From assembly GCF_028641065.1 (NCBI RefSeq), contig NC_073407.1, positions 11,346,001-11,410,000 of the forward strand: DNA of 64,000 bases. Direction: 5' to 3'. Below, piece by piece: positions 25,733 through 38,187 of this stretch. Every line of letters starts with the position of its first letter. Position 1 is the first letter of the stretch. The stretch comes from Leucoraja erinacea. Taxonomy: Eukaryota. A program made the position numbers and the translations under genes. Under the pieces are notes generated by a model. It saw nothing but the letters and a program-made list of their open reading frames with translations, ran no database searches and was not told the DNA's origin.

Positions 25733-26028
25733 CTTCGGCCCACCGAGTCCATGCCGACCACCGATCACCCGTTCACACTGGTTCGACATTATCCACCTTT
25801 CTCATCTATTCCTTCAGCATGTGGGGGGAATTTACAGAGGCCCAATTAACCTACACACCCACACGTCTTTTTTGACGTGGGAGGAAGCTATAGCACCCGG
25901 AGGAAACCCATGCAGTCACAGGGAGAACGTGCATACTCCACACACACAGACAGTGCCCAAGGTCAGGATCGAACCCGGGTCTCCAGTGCTGTGAGGCAGC
26001 AGCTCTACCAGCAGCACATCTGTGCCGC
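25733..26028 (-). mobile_element. HE1-type V-SINE
   Basis: Reverse-complement consensus. Confidence 0.8.
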
Positions 26029-26029
26029 C

Positions 26030-26233
26030 GATAGATAGACACAAAATGCTGGAGTAACTCAGCGGATCAGGCGGGAATAGGTGACGTTTCGGTTTGAGAC
26101 CCTTCGTCAGACATCGGTCTTGACCCGAAATGTCACCTCTTCCTTTTCTACAGAGATGCTACCTGACCCACTGAGTCACTCCAGCATTTTGTGTCTGCCT
26201 TCGCTGTAAACCAGCATCTGCAGTTCCTTCTTG
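26030..26233. mobile_element. PLE-derived fold-back insertion
   Basis: Inverted PLE termini; flanking direct repeat CAC(A/G)TCTGTGCCGCC. Confidence 0.75.
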
Positions 26234-26404
26234 CACGTCTGTGCCGCCCTTTGGTTACAAGATTCAATGCTGTTTGTGAGATGTGTTTTGTTGTGGTTTC
26301 TGAGGCAGGAATGGTAGCGTGGAAAGGCAGGCCCCTGGACACCCATCACATCCAACGCAGACAGCAGGCCCCTGCAAGCAGACTAGCATCTTCAGCATAG
26401 ATTC

Positions 26405-26782
26405 CATCTGACGTTACCATGGTTACAGGGTTCCCTAAATTTAAAAAAAATGGTCCAAAATCACTGAAAACTCATGTCTGGTTAAATTTGGGAATTTTGA
26501 ATTGCTTGTCAGGAATATTTGTTTTCTTGTGGAAGGTGAAAATATAAGCATATTTGAACCCAGGGTTGTGGTGAGCACATTGTGGACGATATAACCTCAA
26601 TAGTTTAGTTTTGAAGCCAGACGTTGCAACGTCGACAATTAGCCAAAGACACAAGAGGATTGTTTACTTCTGGCTGAAGATTGATTATCACAGGGATACC
26701 CAAAATTGGGCAAAAGGGCTTTGCAATCTTGCTTCAGTAATGGTACAGTAACACTCCATACATCTGCGGTTGCCGTGGTGAC
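26405..26782. promoter_or_regulatory. Candidate intronic enhancer with two E-box plus RFX X-box composites
   Basis: CATCTG-ac-GTTACCATGGTTAC (26405-26426) and CATCTG-cg-GTTGCCGTGGTGAC (26761-26782) in repeat-free DNA. Confidence 0.35.
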
Positions 26783-27106
26783 GGATTGATGGGCTGAGCT
26801 TTATTTCTGTTCCTTCGCTCTCGCTTGCTGGAAGAAATGCTGCAATTAGAATTTAATTTCTTTCCTGTTCATTAAAACTTCCCAATTGATCACTCAACGC
26901 CACTCAGTTGGAAAAATCAGTTTATCTTGTTGCAGTTAAATGGAGTGAATCCATTGCCTTAATTTCACTGGAGCCCGGCCCGTCACACAGACAGGACATT
27001 GTGAATACATGGAGGGTAATGGTCCATGCGGGGATAGATACACCTTCCCACTGTGGAAGCTAAAGATATCAGCCTTCAACAGAAATACTTAGCCTCCCCT
27101 GTGGAC

Positions 27107-27445
27107 TTAGTTTAGTTTAGAGATACAGCATGGAAACAGGCCCTTCGGCCCACCGAGTCCACGCTGACCAGCGATCACACGTTCACACTAGTTCTATGTT
27201 ATCCCAGCTACACTCTAGGGGCCATTTACAGAGACCAGGGGTTGATTCTGACCTCACTCCACTCTCTGTGTGGAGTTGGTACGTTCTCCCTGTGACTACG
27301 TGGGTTTTCTCTGGGTGCTCCGGTTCCTCCCACATTCCAAAGAGGTGCAGGTTCACAGGTTACTTGTCCTCTGTAAATCGTCCCTAGTGGGTAGGATAGA
27401 ACTCGTTGGGCCGAAGGGCCTGTCTCCACGCTGTATTTCTACAAA
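27107..27445. mobile_element. Fused inverted HE1 SINE pieces
   Basis: Minus-strand tail (27107-27236) joined to a plus-strand V-domain and tail. Confidence 0.65.
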
Positions 27446-28359
27446 CTAAAACAAAAACTAAAGTTCCTTGTTTCTCGTCGTGTGATTGATGGGTTCAAAC
27501 ACTAGATAGAAGAGGATTGAGTGAAGATTTACCCAAGAGGGGCTCGGATGACACAGAGTTGTTTCCAGGGAAGTTTTCTTTGTCTCTCGCCTGTTTGGTT
27601 TTTTGGAACATGTACCCCAAAGGAATGCTGGGTTTTGTTATTGTTGAGTTTCAGAGTTCACTGACAACGCGCAGTCTGCTCCGCAGGCTGGTTCCTGTTA
27701 AATCATCCTCACAGCGGAGGCTTCTGTGCTGTTGTACATTGAGCCAGACTTCCCAGAGCATAACTCATGGTGCATTGCACGGGGATCGGCGGCGGGGGAG
27801 ATCGTGCAGCGATCGATCCCATGAGTGCTGAACTATCCCCAGTGAAACCCGCTGCACGTTACTGTACTTGGCTCTCTTGGGTTGTGAAATCTGTTCGTCA
27901 TTAAGTCAGGAGTAATGCATCTCTCCCGACCGTCATCTTTTTGTAACATCGAACTAACATCGGATCAAATTGCAGAGAGTTGTGGATGTTGCCCAGACCA
28001 TCAGGCAGACCAATCTCCCTTCCATTGTCTCCATCTACGCTTCACGCTGCCTCGGCAAGGCCACCAGCATAATCAAGAACAAAGTCTGATGTCAAGACCA
28101 ACTGTTATGTTTAATTAACTTGATGAGTACGAGCGTCAGAGGTTATGGGGAGAAGGCAGGAGAATGGGGTTCGGAGAGAGAGATGGATCAGCCGTGATTG
28201 AGTGGCGGAGTAGACTTGATGGGCCGAATGGCCCAATTCTGCTCCTATCTCCCTTACCACCTTATCTGCGGGAGCATAATCCAGATCCCTCCGTTCCCTG
28301 CATATCCAAGTGCCTATCCAAAACTCTCTTAAATGCCACGATTGTACCTGCCTCCACCG

Positions 28360-29690
28360 TCAAGAAAGAGAAGGAGGTGTCTGTCAGATAGAGGCAGCTG
28401 GGATCAGTCACATCCCTTGGGGGAGTATTAGAGATGTAGGAGGCCCAACACTTAAGAGGGAAATCAGGAGGACATGAGATAGTTGTGGCAAATAAAGGAA
28501 AGGACAAACCAAAGAGATTCCACGTGTAACGAGGAAAAGGGTAACTGGGGAGAGAATCCCCTTGAGGATCACCGGGGAGCCACAGGAGATGGATGATGTG
28601 TAAAATGAATATTTCTCAGCTGTATTTACCGTTGTGAGCGTCATGGAAGCTCAGGAATTAGGAAATTAATAGTAATGTTTTGGAAACTATCCACATCACA
28701 AAGGAAGAGATGGTGGCAGCCTCGAGGCTTATTACAGGGCGCGATCAAGTGTATCCTAGGATGCGAGGGAAGAAACTGCTTGGGCCCTGGCAGAGATATT
28801 TGTGTCATCTTTAGCTGCAGGAAGATACCAGAATACTGGAGACTTGTTAATACTGTGCCTTTGTTTATGGAGGGCTGCAGGGACAAGCATTGGAACTAGA
28901 GGTCGATGAACGTAATGTCAATGGTGGGGATTCTGTGGGTCAGGGTTTAATTGTATTTGGAAAGGCAAGACTGATTAATGACAGTCAGCATGGCTGTGTG
29001 AATGGGAAACCGTGTCTCGTCAATTTGATTGAGATTTTTGAAGGGGTGATGTAGAACGCCGATGAGGACAGGCGGTAGTTGTGGATTACGTGAGTTCCAA
29101 CTGCGGGAGCCTGCAGGACTTAACATCGTAGAGCTCGCGGTCCTTGGTTAGAGACCGACTTCAGGAGCTCCAGGCTGCAGGAGCTTCGATCGCCCCAACA
29201 CGGGGGCTTCGACCGCCATCTGCGGCGCTCCGATCGTCCCGACCGCGGGAGAATAAATGAGGAGGAAGATTGGACTTTATTGACTTCTAACACAGTGGGG
29301 AATGTGGGGAATCTGCTGTGGTGGATGTTTATTTTAACTTTCATGTAGTTGTGTGTCTTGTTGCCTATTTTTACTATGGCTGTATGGTAATATGAATATC
29401 ACTGTAACTTAATTGGTACATGTGACAATAAACTGACCTTTGAACCTTTGAACATGGAGTTGACAAGGATCTGCACACTAGACTGGCTTGGTTGTATGAG
29501 TCAGAGGGTGGTTGAAACGATTGGAGGCGTGTGAGCAGTGGTGAGCTGTGGGATCAGTGCTGGGTCCACTATTGTAGGGCATCTGCATTAACAATTTGGA
29601 TGACAATGTTGCGAACAAGGTGAGTAAGTTTGCAGATGACACCAAACTTGGTGGTGTAGTGGACAGTGAATAAGGTTATCTAACATTAAG
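28360..29690 (+). mobile_element. Decayed CR1 ORF2 (RT domain region)
   Basis: WRLVNTVPLF, SQHG..GKPCLVNLIEIF, GSVLGPLL and VSKFADDTKLGGVVDSE motifs, with frameshifts. Confidence 0.8.
29095..29452 (+). mobile_element. CpG-rich SINE-like element with Rex1-type tail, inserted in CR1 RT
   Basis: Splits the CR1 segment corresponding to YMDFSKAFDK; ends CATGTGACAATAAA-(CTTTGAAC)n. Confidence 0.55.
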
Positions 29691-29700
29691 TCTGCTTGAA

Positions 29701-30022
29701 TTTAGTTTAGTTTAGAGATACAGCGTGGAGACAGGCTCTTTGTCCCACCGAGTCCACGCCGACCATCGATCACCCCTACACAAGTTCTATGTTATGCCAT
29801 TTTCGCATCCTACACACTAGGGGGCAATTTACAGAAGCCAATTAACGCACAAACCTGCCTGTCTTTGGGATGTGGGAGGAAACCGGAGCACCAGGAGAAA
29901 ACCCACGCGGTCATAAGGGGAACTTACAAATTCGGCTCAGGCAGCACCCGTAGTCAGGATCGAACCCGGGTCTCTGGCGATGTGAGGCAGCAACTCTACC
30001 GCTGCACCACTCGGTTGCCCCC
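29701..30022 (-). mobile_element. HE1-type V-SINE, full length
   Basis: Reverse-complement consensus with (TTTAG)n. Confidence 0.85.
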
Positions 30023-30079
30023 ATTAAAGTTATTTTTCATGTGTGATTTAAGAGAGCAGTAAAGGCAGTCAGCAGATTA

Positions 30080-31410
30080 GCCTTCCGCCTTGTGTCAGAT
30101 GTAAGAGACCAGGGAGTGGTCATATGTCCCTGACAACCAGGAAGTGTGTCCAGCTACAGCCCATCCCAGACTCCATGGTTGGTTGGGCCAGCAGTTGGAG
30201 TCAATGAGGAGCATGCATATAGAGACAGTGAGGGTTACAGACAGTAGCTTCAGGGAGGGGGGTCACTTCAGAGTTTCAACCCAATTTGCTATGTGTATCC
30301 ACGAGGGTCTCTTGAAACCGTAAGTGGAAAGTCCAATTCAGGAAGGAACCATAGTGGAGCTTGTATTGGGGAACAAGCCTGGCCAGGTGACTGAAAAAGG
30401 GTCTCGACACGAAACGTCACCTATGCCTTTTCTCCAGAGATGCTGCCTGACCCGCTGAGTGACGACAGCATTGTGTGTCTGCCTTCTGGCCAGGTGACTG
30501 GGGTTTCAATGGAAGAGCATTTAGAGCACAGTGATCACAACTCCTTAAGTTTTAAGATCGTTATGAATAAAAATAAGTCTGGACCTTGGGGGAAAGTACT
30601 AAATTGGGGTTAGGCTGATGACAACATCACTAGCCAGTGGCCAGGAAGAGTGAAATAGGAACAGCTGGTATTGGGTAAGACCATATCTGACATGTGGGAA
30701 TCATTTAAAGAACAGTTGATTAGACGGGCTCAGGACCGGCATGTTCCAGTGAGGAGGAAGGACAGAGAGGGCAAGGTAACGGAACCTTGGATGACAAGAG
30801 AGGTTGTAAATATGATCAAAACATAAAAGGAAGCAAAAGATGAAATCAGGCAGGGCCTTTGAGGAATATAAAGCAAGCAGGAAAGAACTTAAGCAGGGAA
30901 TTAGGAGGGCCAAAGTAGACGAAGAAATGTTCTTGGCAAGTAGGATTAAAGAGAATCCAAAGGCTTTTTTTGTATGTACATTAAAAACAAGACGGTAACC
31001 AGGGAGAGGGTGGGACTGCTCACGGATAGATTACGCTTGCAGTCGCACTGTTATAGCAGGGATATCGTTAAGCTGGGAAGAGTAGAGAAAAGATTCACAA
31101 GGCTGTTGCCAGGAATGCACAGTTTCAGTGATAAGGCTGGACGGGCGAGGACTTTACCTTGGAGGTTACCTAAGTGGTTGAGAGCCGACCTTGTGGAGGC
31201 ACATGAAATGATGTGAAGAACCTGGATAAGGTGAATGGTCCCAGGGTCGGAGAGGCTAAAATAAGTGGGTCTGGGTTTATGGTGAGAGACAAACGATTTA
31301 ACGGGGACCTAAAGGGCAACACTGTCACTCTGAGGGTGGTGGATATATGGAACGAACTGTAGAGGCAGGTACAATTAATATTACAACGTCTGAAAGACAT
31401 TTGGACCGAT
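30080..31410 (+). mobile_element. Decayed, internally deleted CR1 (EN/tether region plus 3' end)
   Basis: EEHLEHSDHNSL, WESFKEQL, EPWMTREV, RIKENPKAFF, LGRVEKRFTRLLPGM motifs. Confidence 0.75.
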
Positions 31411-31565
31411 CGAGGTGCTGTTCCTCCAGTTCATGCTGGGCCTCACTCTGACAGTGGAGGAGGCCCAGGACAGAAAGGTTTGGCAACCGTGTGATCGTGT
31501 AGGCCAAGGCAGACTGAGCGAAGGTGTTCAGCAGCAGGATCGGCCCGTCTGCGCTTGGTCTCGCT
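31411..31565 (-). mobile_element. PLE GIY-YIG fragment
   Basis: LSVLGLLHCQSEAQHELEEQHL, homologous to 13450-13520. Confidence 0.7.
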
Positions 31566-32309
31566 GCCGTAGCTTTGTGTAGCACAATGTTGTTCTCTCC
31601 TCTGGACATAGTGGCTCTGATCTGGCCCTCACTGGGCTGCAGCAGAGAGGAGAGCTCTGACATTCCCTGGTGAATGACCACTCAAAGTTCTCTCATAGTG
31701 AAGTCGACCGAGCACTGCCTGGGGCAACCGCACGGGGCGGCGGTGGAAGCAGCCGACGGCATCGTGCATGGCCAGGCCGCACCCTACACCATCGCTCCAG
31801 CGGCGCCAGGCCACCCAGCCTTGAAGTGAGAAGAAAAGAAACACTTTTCTCCTTGGAATAAGATTGGACGATACTTTCAGAGTCTTGAGATCTGAAAGTT
31901 GCAAAATGGCCCCAGAACATGGCGACTCTTTGCATGCTGACCCAGAAGAGGAACTACCATTATCCGCTCTAATCATTCCACTCTCTTACTGGTGTGTGAT
32001 TGGCCTCATGTCGAGTATGATTTGAGGATGGATACAAAATACTGGATTTACCCAATGGGACAGGCAGCATCTCTGGAGAGAAGGAATAGGTGACGTTTCG
32101 GGCCGTAATGTCACCCATTCCTTCTCTCCTGAGATGCTGCCTGTCCTGCTGAGTTACTCCAGTATTTTGTGTCTCTGCGATTTAAATTAGCATCTGCAGT
32201 TCCTTCCTACACATAGAGTATGACTGGATAGCATGCAACATTTTTTCACTGTACCTTGATACACACAAGTATAAATAAACTAAACCCATGCTTCTTAGGT
32301 CGGCACCTT

Positions 32310-32822
32310 GACTATAAGAGTCAGGAAGTCCAGATACAGCTCTATCCCAATGCAGCAAGGACGTGGAGGTGTTGAACAGGGTGTGGAAGAGGTTCACCAG
32401 AATGCTGTCTGGATTAGAGGGTTTTAGCCACAAGGAGAGGCTTGATAGTGTTCTCTGGAACGCCGGAGGTTGAGAGGAGACCTGATAGAAGTTTATAAAA
32501 TTATGAGAAGAGTAGATTGGGTAGACATTCAAAACCTTTTTCCCAGTGTGGGAATGTCAAAGACTAGAGGACGCAGGTTTAAGGTGAGAAGGGCAAACTT
32601 TGGAGATGTGCGGGGCAGATTTTTTACACAGAGGGTGGTGAGTGCCTGGAACGCTCTGCCAAGGGCAGTAGTGAAGGTAGATACTACAGTGGCATTTAAG
32701 AGGCTTTTGGAAAGGCACATGGATATGGAGGGCTATAGATCATGTGCAGGTAGAGGAGATTAGTTTATTTTGGCATTGTGTTTGGCAGGGAAATTGTGGG
32801 CCGAATTACCTATTGCTGTGTT
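32310..32822 (+). mobile_element. CR1 LINE 3' end
   Basis: LRGDLIEVYKIMRRVDWVDIQNLFP...RFFTQRVVSAWNALP. Confidence 0.85.
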
Positions 32823-33333
32823 GTGTGTTAGAACCTAAAGACCAAAGATCCTCTATAATCTTTGCTAAGGACAGTGTTCCCTGTGAGTAGGCAGCAGGGA
32901 CAGTGTCTGTCAAAGTGCAAAGTGTGGGATGAAAGTGGCCCTTTTCAATCATGTTGCGTTCAGAAATGAAAGGTGAGGTTTTGGGCAAAGAAAAGCAGCA
33001 TTGTGCACCAGTTTCACTTTGTGTTTCTGCTGAATGTGCTCGATGGGAGCTATTCCTGGAAACATGAACTGTGGTGTCAGCAACATGGACTGCAGCGCTG
33101 CACAGATTCCACTCACTCCAGCGCCTCGCCAGTGGTACCGTGGCCAGATTCCCCGACCAGGCTCCGCGTTCCAGCCGGCACGGTCCCACAGCAGGAAACC
33201 CCATCCCACATCAGCAATCCTGATCCAAGCACAGCCATTTCCCAACGTCACAAAGATTTTCTTTGGAGACTCTTAAAGTTGCGTTTGAAGTGAAAAGTTC
33301 ACTTCCTCCTCACGTCCGTCCACAGATGCGCAA

Positions 33334-33512
33334 GACAGACACAAAAAGCTGGAGTAACTTACCGGGTAAGACAGCGTCTCTGGACAAAAGGAATAGGTGA
33401 CGTTTCTGGTTGAGACCCTTCTTCTGACTGAGAGTCAGGGGCTGACCCGCTGAGTTACTCCAGCTTTTTGTGTCTGCAGTTTAAACCAGCATCTGCAGTT
33501 TCTTCCTACACA
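33334..33512. mobile_element. PLE-derived fold-back insertion
   Basis: agacacaaaaagctggagtaact... paired with ...gagttactccagctttttgtgtct. Confidence 0.75.
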
Positions 33513-35048
33513 TGCCCAAGCTATTTATCTTTGACCTATCAAAGACCACGGGCGGCAAGACCCAGCGGCTCAGTCTGGTGGCGTTGGTTCAATGTGTTGT
33601 CAGCGATGTTAAAAAGGAAGCAGTTTTCGCTGAATTAAATTCATAAACAGAGTGATGAGTCAAGGTCATGTTTACTAGAATCTGCCGTGATTGTTCACAG
33701 CAGTGGGAAGACGATAAGAGTCATACAGCACATAAACGGGCCCTTCGGCCCAACTTGCCCACGCCGACCAACATGCCCCATCTACACCACTAGCCCCACC
33801 TGCCCTCATTTGGATCATTATAAGTTCATAAACGATAGGAGCAGAATTAGGCCATTTGACCCATCAAGTCTACTCCACCATTTAATCATGGCTGATCTAT
33901 CTATCCCTCTTAACCCCATTCCCCTGCCTTCTCCCCATAACCCCTGACACCTGTTCTATCCCTCTGAACATTTGTAAGCCATAAAAGGGACATTTAGGGG
34001 GGGACAACATTCTTACATTCTGAACCTTTGTTAAACTTTGATGTGGGCTAATAGTTTCTAAGCTTCAGTTGATCATTCTATGATTAAACATTCCAGAGGT
34101 GCTGCCTGACCCGCTGAGTTACTCCAGCACTTTGTGTCTTTTTTTTATATTAGTAAAAGCATGTTGTTGGTTATGACATTATTAACTTTCCCTGAAGCTA
34201 TTGCATGAGTTTAACTATGGATTCAGGATGGTGAGAGGGCACTGTGAGCCACATAGCATGCTACAACTCTCCCTCCCAGCCTTGCCACACCCTCCTCCCA
34301 CCCAGCAATCAGTCTGAAGAAGGGTCCTGACCCAAGACGTCACCTATCCAATGTTCTCCAGAGATGCTGAGCACTTTGTGTCCTTTTGTGTGGGCCAGCA
34401 TCTGCAGTTCCTTGTTTTTACATTCTATATTCACCTGGTCTGTAGTTGCTGAACAGAAGTGCTGGGTTTACAGCTTAGCAGTTGGGTCTTCTCAGGGAAA
34501 GCCTTGACCTTGTTAAAACCTCAACAGTTCTCTGGATCTCCTTGAGAGTTTGGGGTTTCAAAGCACGACGAAGAAATGTCATTGTTCAATCAATGAACTC
34601 GGATTAGGCAAACGGGGTGACAACGTGGGGAGATGCGATATGGTCCATTTCAGCAAGAAAAGTAGCAAAGCACGTTATCTGGTGGTGGTGGTGCCTTTAT
34701 TGTCACGTGAGCGACGTGCAGACACACAGTGGAATGATTTTCTCAGTCCAGTAGAGTGTTGCCATACCTAAGCACATCCCTGATTAGCAAGTGTACAGAA
34801 ATAGTGTACAGAAACGATTGAGTGTGTGAGCTCTCATCAGCTCCAAACAGCAAGACAAATACGTCTCAATATTCGATAAATAGAGGCAACTCCAGGAGAA
34901 GATTCATCGCAGATGTTGCTGCTAATTGTGTCCATGTGTGTGTGCTCTGTGTACAGCTGCTGCCACTGGCTGCATGTCTGACCATCTACGACTGCCTTTG
35001 ATCATATCTCTGCCGTTAATTGATTGCCAGTTAAGTTAACTGAGTTAA

Positions 35049-35327
<279 letters not shown>

Positions 35328-35341
35328 TGAGGAATGTGAGT

Positions 35342-35369
35342 CTGAAGAAGGGTCTCGACCCGAAACGTC
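35342..35369 (+). ncRNA. Minimal hammerhead motif 38 nt downstream of the MEGF9 exon donor
   Basis: CTGAAGA-A-GGGT(CTCG)ACCC-GAAA-CG-TC, intact. Confidence 0.65.
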
Positions 35370-35434
35370 ACCCATTCCTTCCCTCCAGAGATGCTGCCTG
35401 TCCCGCATTTTGTGTCTATCTTCGTGAGCCGAAC

Positions 35435-35752
35435 AGAATCCCTTGTCCAGAGCTGGGGAATCTGAGAACCAGAGGAGATAGGTTGAAGGTGAGGGGGGAA
35501 AGATGGAATAGGAACCTGAGGGGTAACTTTCTTACACAAAGGGTGGTGGGTGTATGGAAAAAACTACCAGAGGACGTAGTTGAGGCAGGGATATTGCAAC
35601 GTTTAAGAAACATTTAGACAGGTACATGTATAGGATAGGTGCAGAGGGATAGGGGCCAAACACAGGCAGGTGGGACCAGGGTAGATTGGACATGTTGGTC
35701 GGCGTGGGCAAGTTGGGCTGAAGGGCCTGTTTCCACGCCGTATGACTATGAC
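35435..35752 (+). mobile_element. CR1 (HER1-like) LINE 3' end
   Basis: NRNLRGNFLTQRVVGVWKKLPE and tail. Confidence 0.8.
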
Positions 35753-36359
35753 TCACGGTTACAAAAGGCAAACGAGAGAATGATTGAAAGGGCGCCAATC
35801 TCACTCTGATATCGAGATGAGTGGTTTCTCAGTCACTATTTCTGTCTGAGATCCATTAAACGGAGAGAACTTTCTCTTGCGGAATGAATAAAAGTATGCG
35901 ACCGGGTCAAAGCAATAGCGGAGATAGGAGCGGAAGGAAATGGCAGCGATTGAATGGGGAGATTAAATGATAAGCGTATCACATGAGATACGGGTGAGAA
36001 AGAGGAAATGAATCCCAAAGAGTAGAGCACATACAAAAACAATGAAGGTGAACGTTATTATTATTTGCTGTATCAGGAACTGGATTTATGATTTTCCATG
36101 TGTTCGTGGGTAGAGAATGTATCATTGACCAGTGGTAATATTGCTGAACTTACTCAGAGTCTGAAGAAAGGTCTCGTACCAAAACGTCACCCATTCCTTC
36201 TCTCCAGAGATGCTGCCCGGCCCGCTGAGTTACCATGGCATTTTGCGTCTATTTTGGATTTTTTAAGCAACATGTGGGAAAGATAAATCTCATTTTGATT
36301 TCTAAGGATGTGTTATTTGTTGGCAGTGATGTGCCACCATCAGTTACTTTGCGTTTTAC

Positions 36360-36661
36360 TTTTGAGATACAGCGTGGAAACATGCCCATCGGCCCACAGA
36401 GTCCTCACCGACCATCGATCGCCCCGTACACTAACACTAACCTACACACCAGGGGCAATTTACAATCTTTCCTAAAGCCAATTAACCTACAAACTTGCAC
36501 CTCTTTGGAGTGTGGGAGAAAACCGGAGCGCCCAGAGAAAACCCACGTGGTCACGGGGAGAACGTACAAACTCCACACAGACAGCACCCGTCGTCAGGAT
36601 CGAACCCCGGTCTCTGGCACTGTAAGGCAGCAACTCTACCGCTGCGCCACCATGCCGCCCC
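36360..36661 (-). mobile_element. HE1-type V-SINE, full length
   Basis: Reverse-complement consensus. Confidence 0.85.
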
Positions 36662-36899
36662 TTGTGCTTGTCATAACAAGCAAGCACATATTAGGCTCAC
36701 TGCTCATTGAGGCTTGATGTCTGGCAGCTTGTGAAGGGAGCTGGATCTTCCATTTGTCCAACCTGATCCTCAACTGCAGGCTCATTCACGTTTAGATATG
36801 AATAGGACGACGGGACATCGGAACCGGCAGATGATGGGTATCATCAGCTACAACTCCGCTGGACTGTAGGGTCGAGGGGCTGAATGATCTGCTAGTGCT

Positions 36900-37405
36900 G
36901 TGGTGTTGCCAGGACTCGAGGACATGAGCTACAGGGAGAGGTTGGACAGACTAGGACTTAATTCCTTGGAGCGCAGGAGGATGATGGATGATTTTATAAA
37001 ATCGCAAGGGGAATAGATAAGGCAAAATGTTCAGAGTCTTTACCCAGAGTTGGGGAATCAAGAACTATGGGACATAGGCTTGAGGTGAGAAGGGTGGAGG
37101 GTAAATGGAACGAACTGTCAGAGGAGATGGACACAAAATGCTGGAGTAGCTCAGCGGGACAGGCATCATCTCTGGAGGGAAGGAATGGGTGATGTTTCGG
37201 GTCAAGACCTTTCTTCAGACACATTTCCTGCACATTTTGTCAGAGGAGGTGGTTGAGGTAGAAAATATAATAACATTTGAAAGGCATTTAGATGTGTACA
37301 TGGATAGGAAAGGTTCAGAGGGATATGGGCCAAACGTGGGCGGGTACGACCCATGTTAATGAGGCATCATGGGCAGCACGGACCAACTGGGCCGAAGGGT
37401 CTGTT
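36900..37405 (+). mobile_element. CR1 LINE 3' end interrupted by a PLE insertion
   Basis: LPGLEDMSYRERLDRLGL...; TGTCAGAGGAG repeated either side of a PLE piece at about 37127-37237. Confidence 0.72.
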
Positions 37406-37884
37406 TCCATGACGAATGACTCTACGTACCCCAAAATCTAGCCTCTCTAATGCCCACCAGGCTCTGGTGAAACTGCCTGCTTCAAAGGGCCGAGGCGGTC
37501 TCAAGCAATCCACTGTTCGCATCCAATGATCAGCAGATTTTTCTTCATTTTCCTCTGGTGTTCAAATTTTTTTTTTTTTGTCATTTTTAAGCGCTTCTCC
37601 ATCTTGAGTGCACATATTTAACGTTTAAAAATAGATCACCTTCAGAGCCATGACCCCACACTCTGAGGGAAGCAGGGCGCACGTCAAATGGCTCATCTGT
37701 TCATCACAAGCTGAAGGGCTTTACCCATGAATCTAAGGAGAACTCACAAAGGATGCCAATTAAAAATCCACAACAGAAAAGTCACCTTCAGTCTCCATGG
37801 CGTTGTAGGCTGAGCGGGTTTAAAGCACAGATGGAGAGGACACAGTAAGCTCAGAGTCGGAACAAGAACGTAAGATTGTGTTCA

Positions 37885-38187
37885 GTTTAGGTCGGAGATA
37901 CATCATGGAAACAGGACTTCGGCCCACCGAGTCCGCACCGACCAGCGATCCCCTCACACCAGCCCCATCCTACACACTAGGGACAATTTCCAATCTTACC
38001 AAAGCCAATTGACCTACAAACCTGTAGATCTTTGGAGTCTGGGAGGAAACCGGAGCACCCGGAGAAAACCCACGCAGTCACATGGAGAACGTATAAACTC
38101 CGTACAGACAGCACCCGTAGTCAGGATCGAACCCGGGTCTCTGGAGCTGCAAGGCAGCAACTCTACTGCTGCGCCACTGTGCCTCCC
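37885..38187 (-). mobile_element. HE1-type V-SINE, full length
   Basis: Reverse-complement consensus. Confidence 0.85.

Noticed and set aside
27640-27850. Possible exon after ctccgcag or tttcag
   Set aside because: No EGF-like or other recognisable peptide, and the MEGF9 exon chain is complete without it.
32950-33290. Overlapping 80-130 aa ORFs in a unique GC-rich segment
   Set aside because: No recognisable protein, no codon bias favouring one frame, no clear splice pair.
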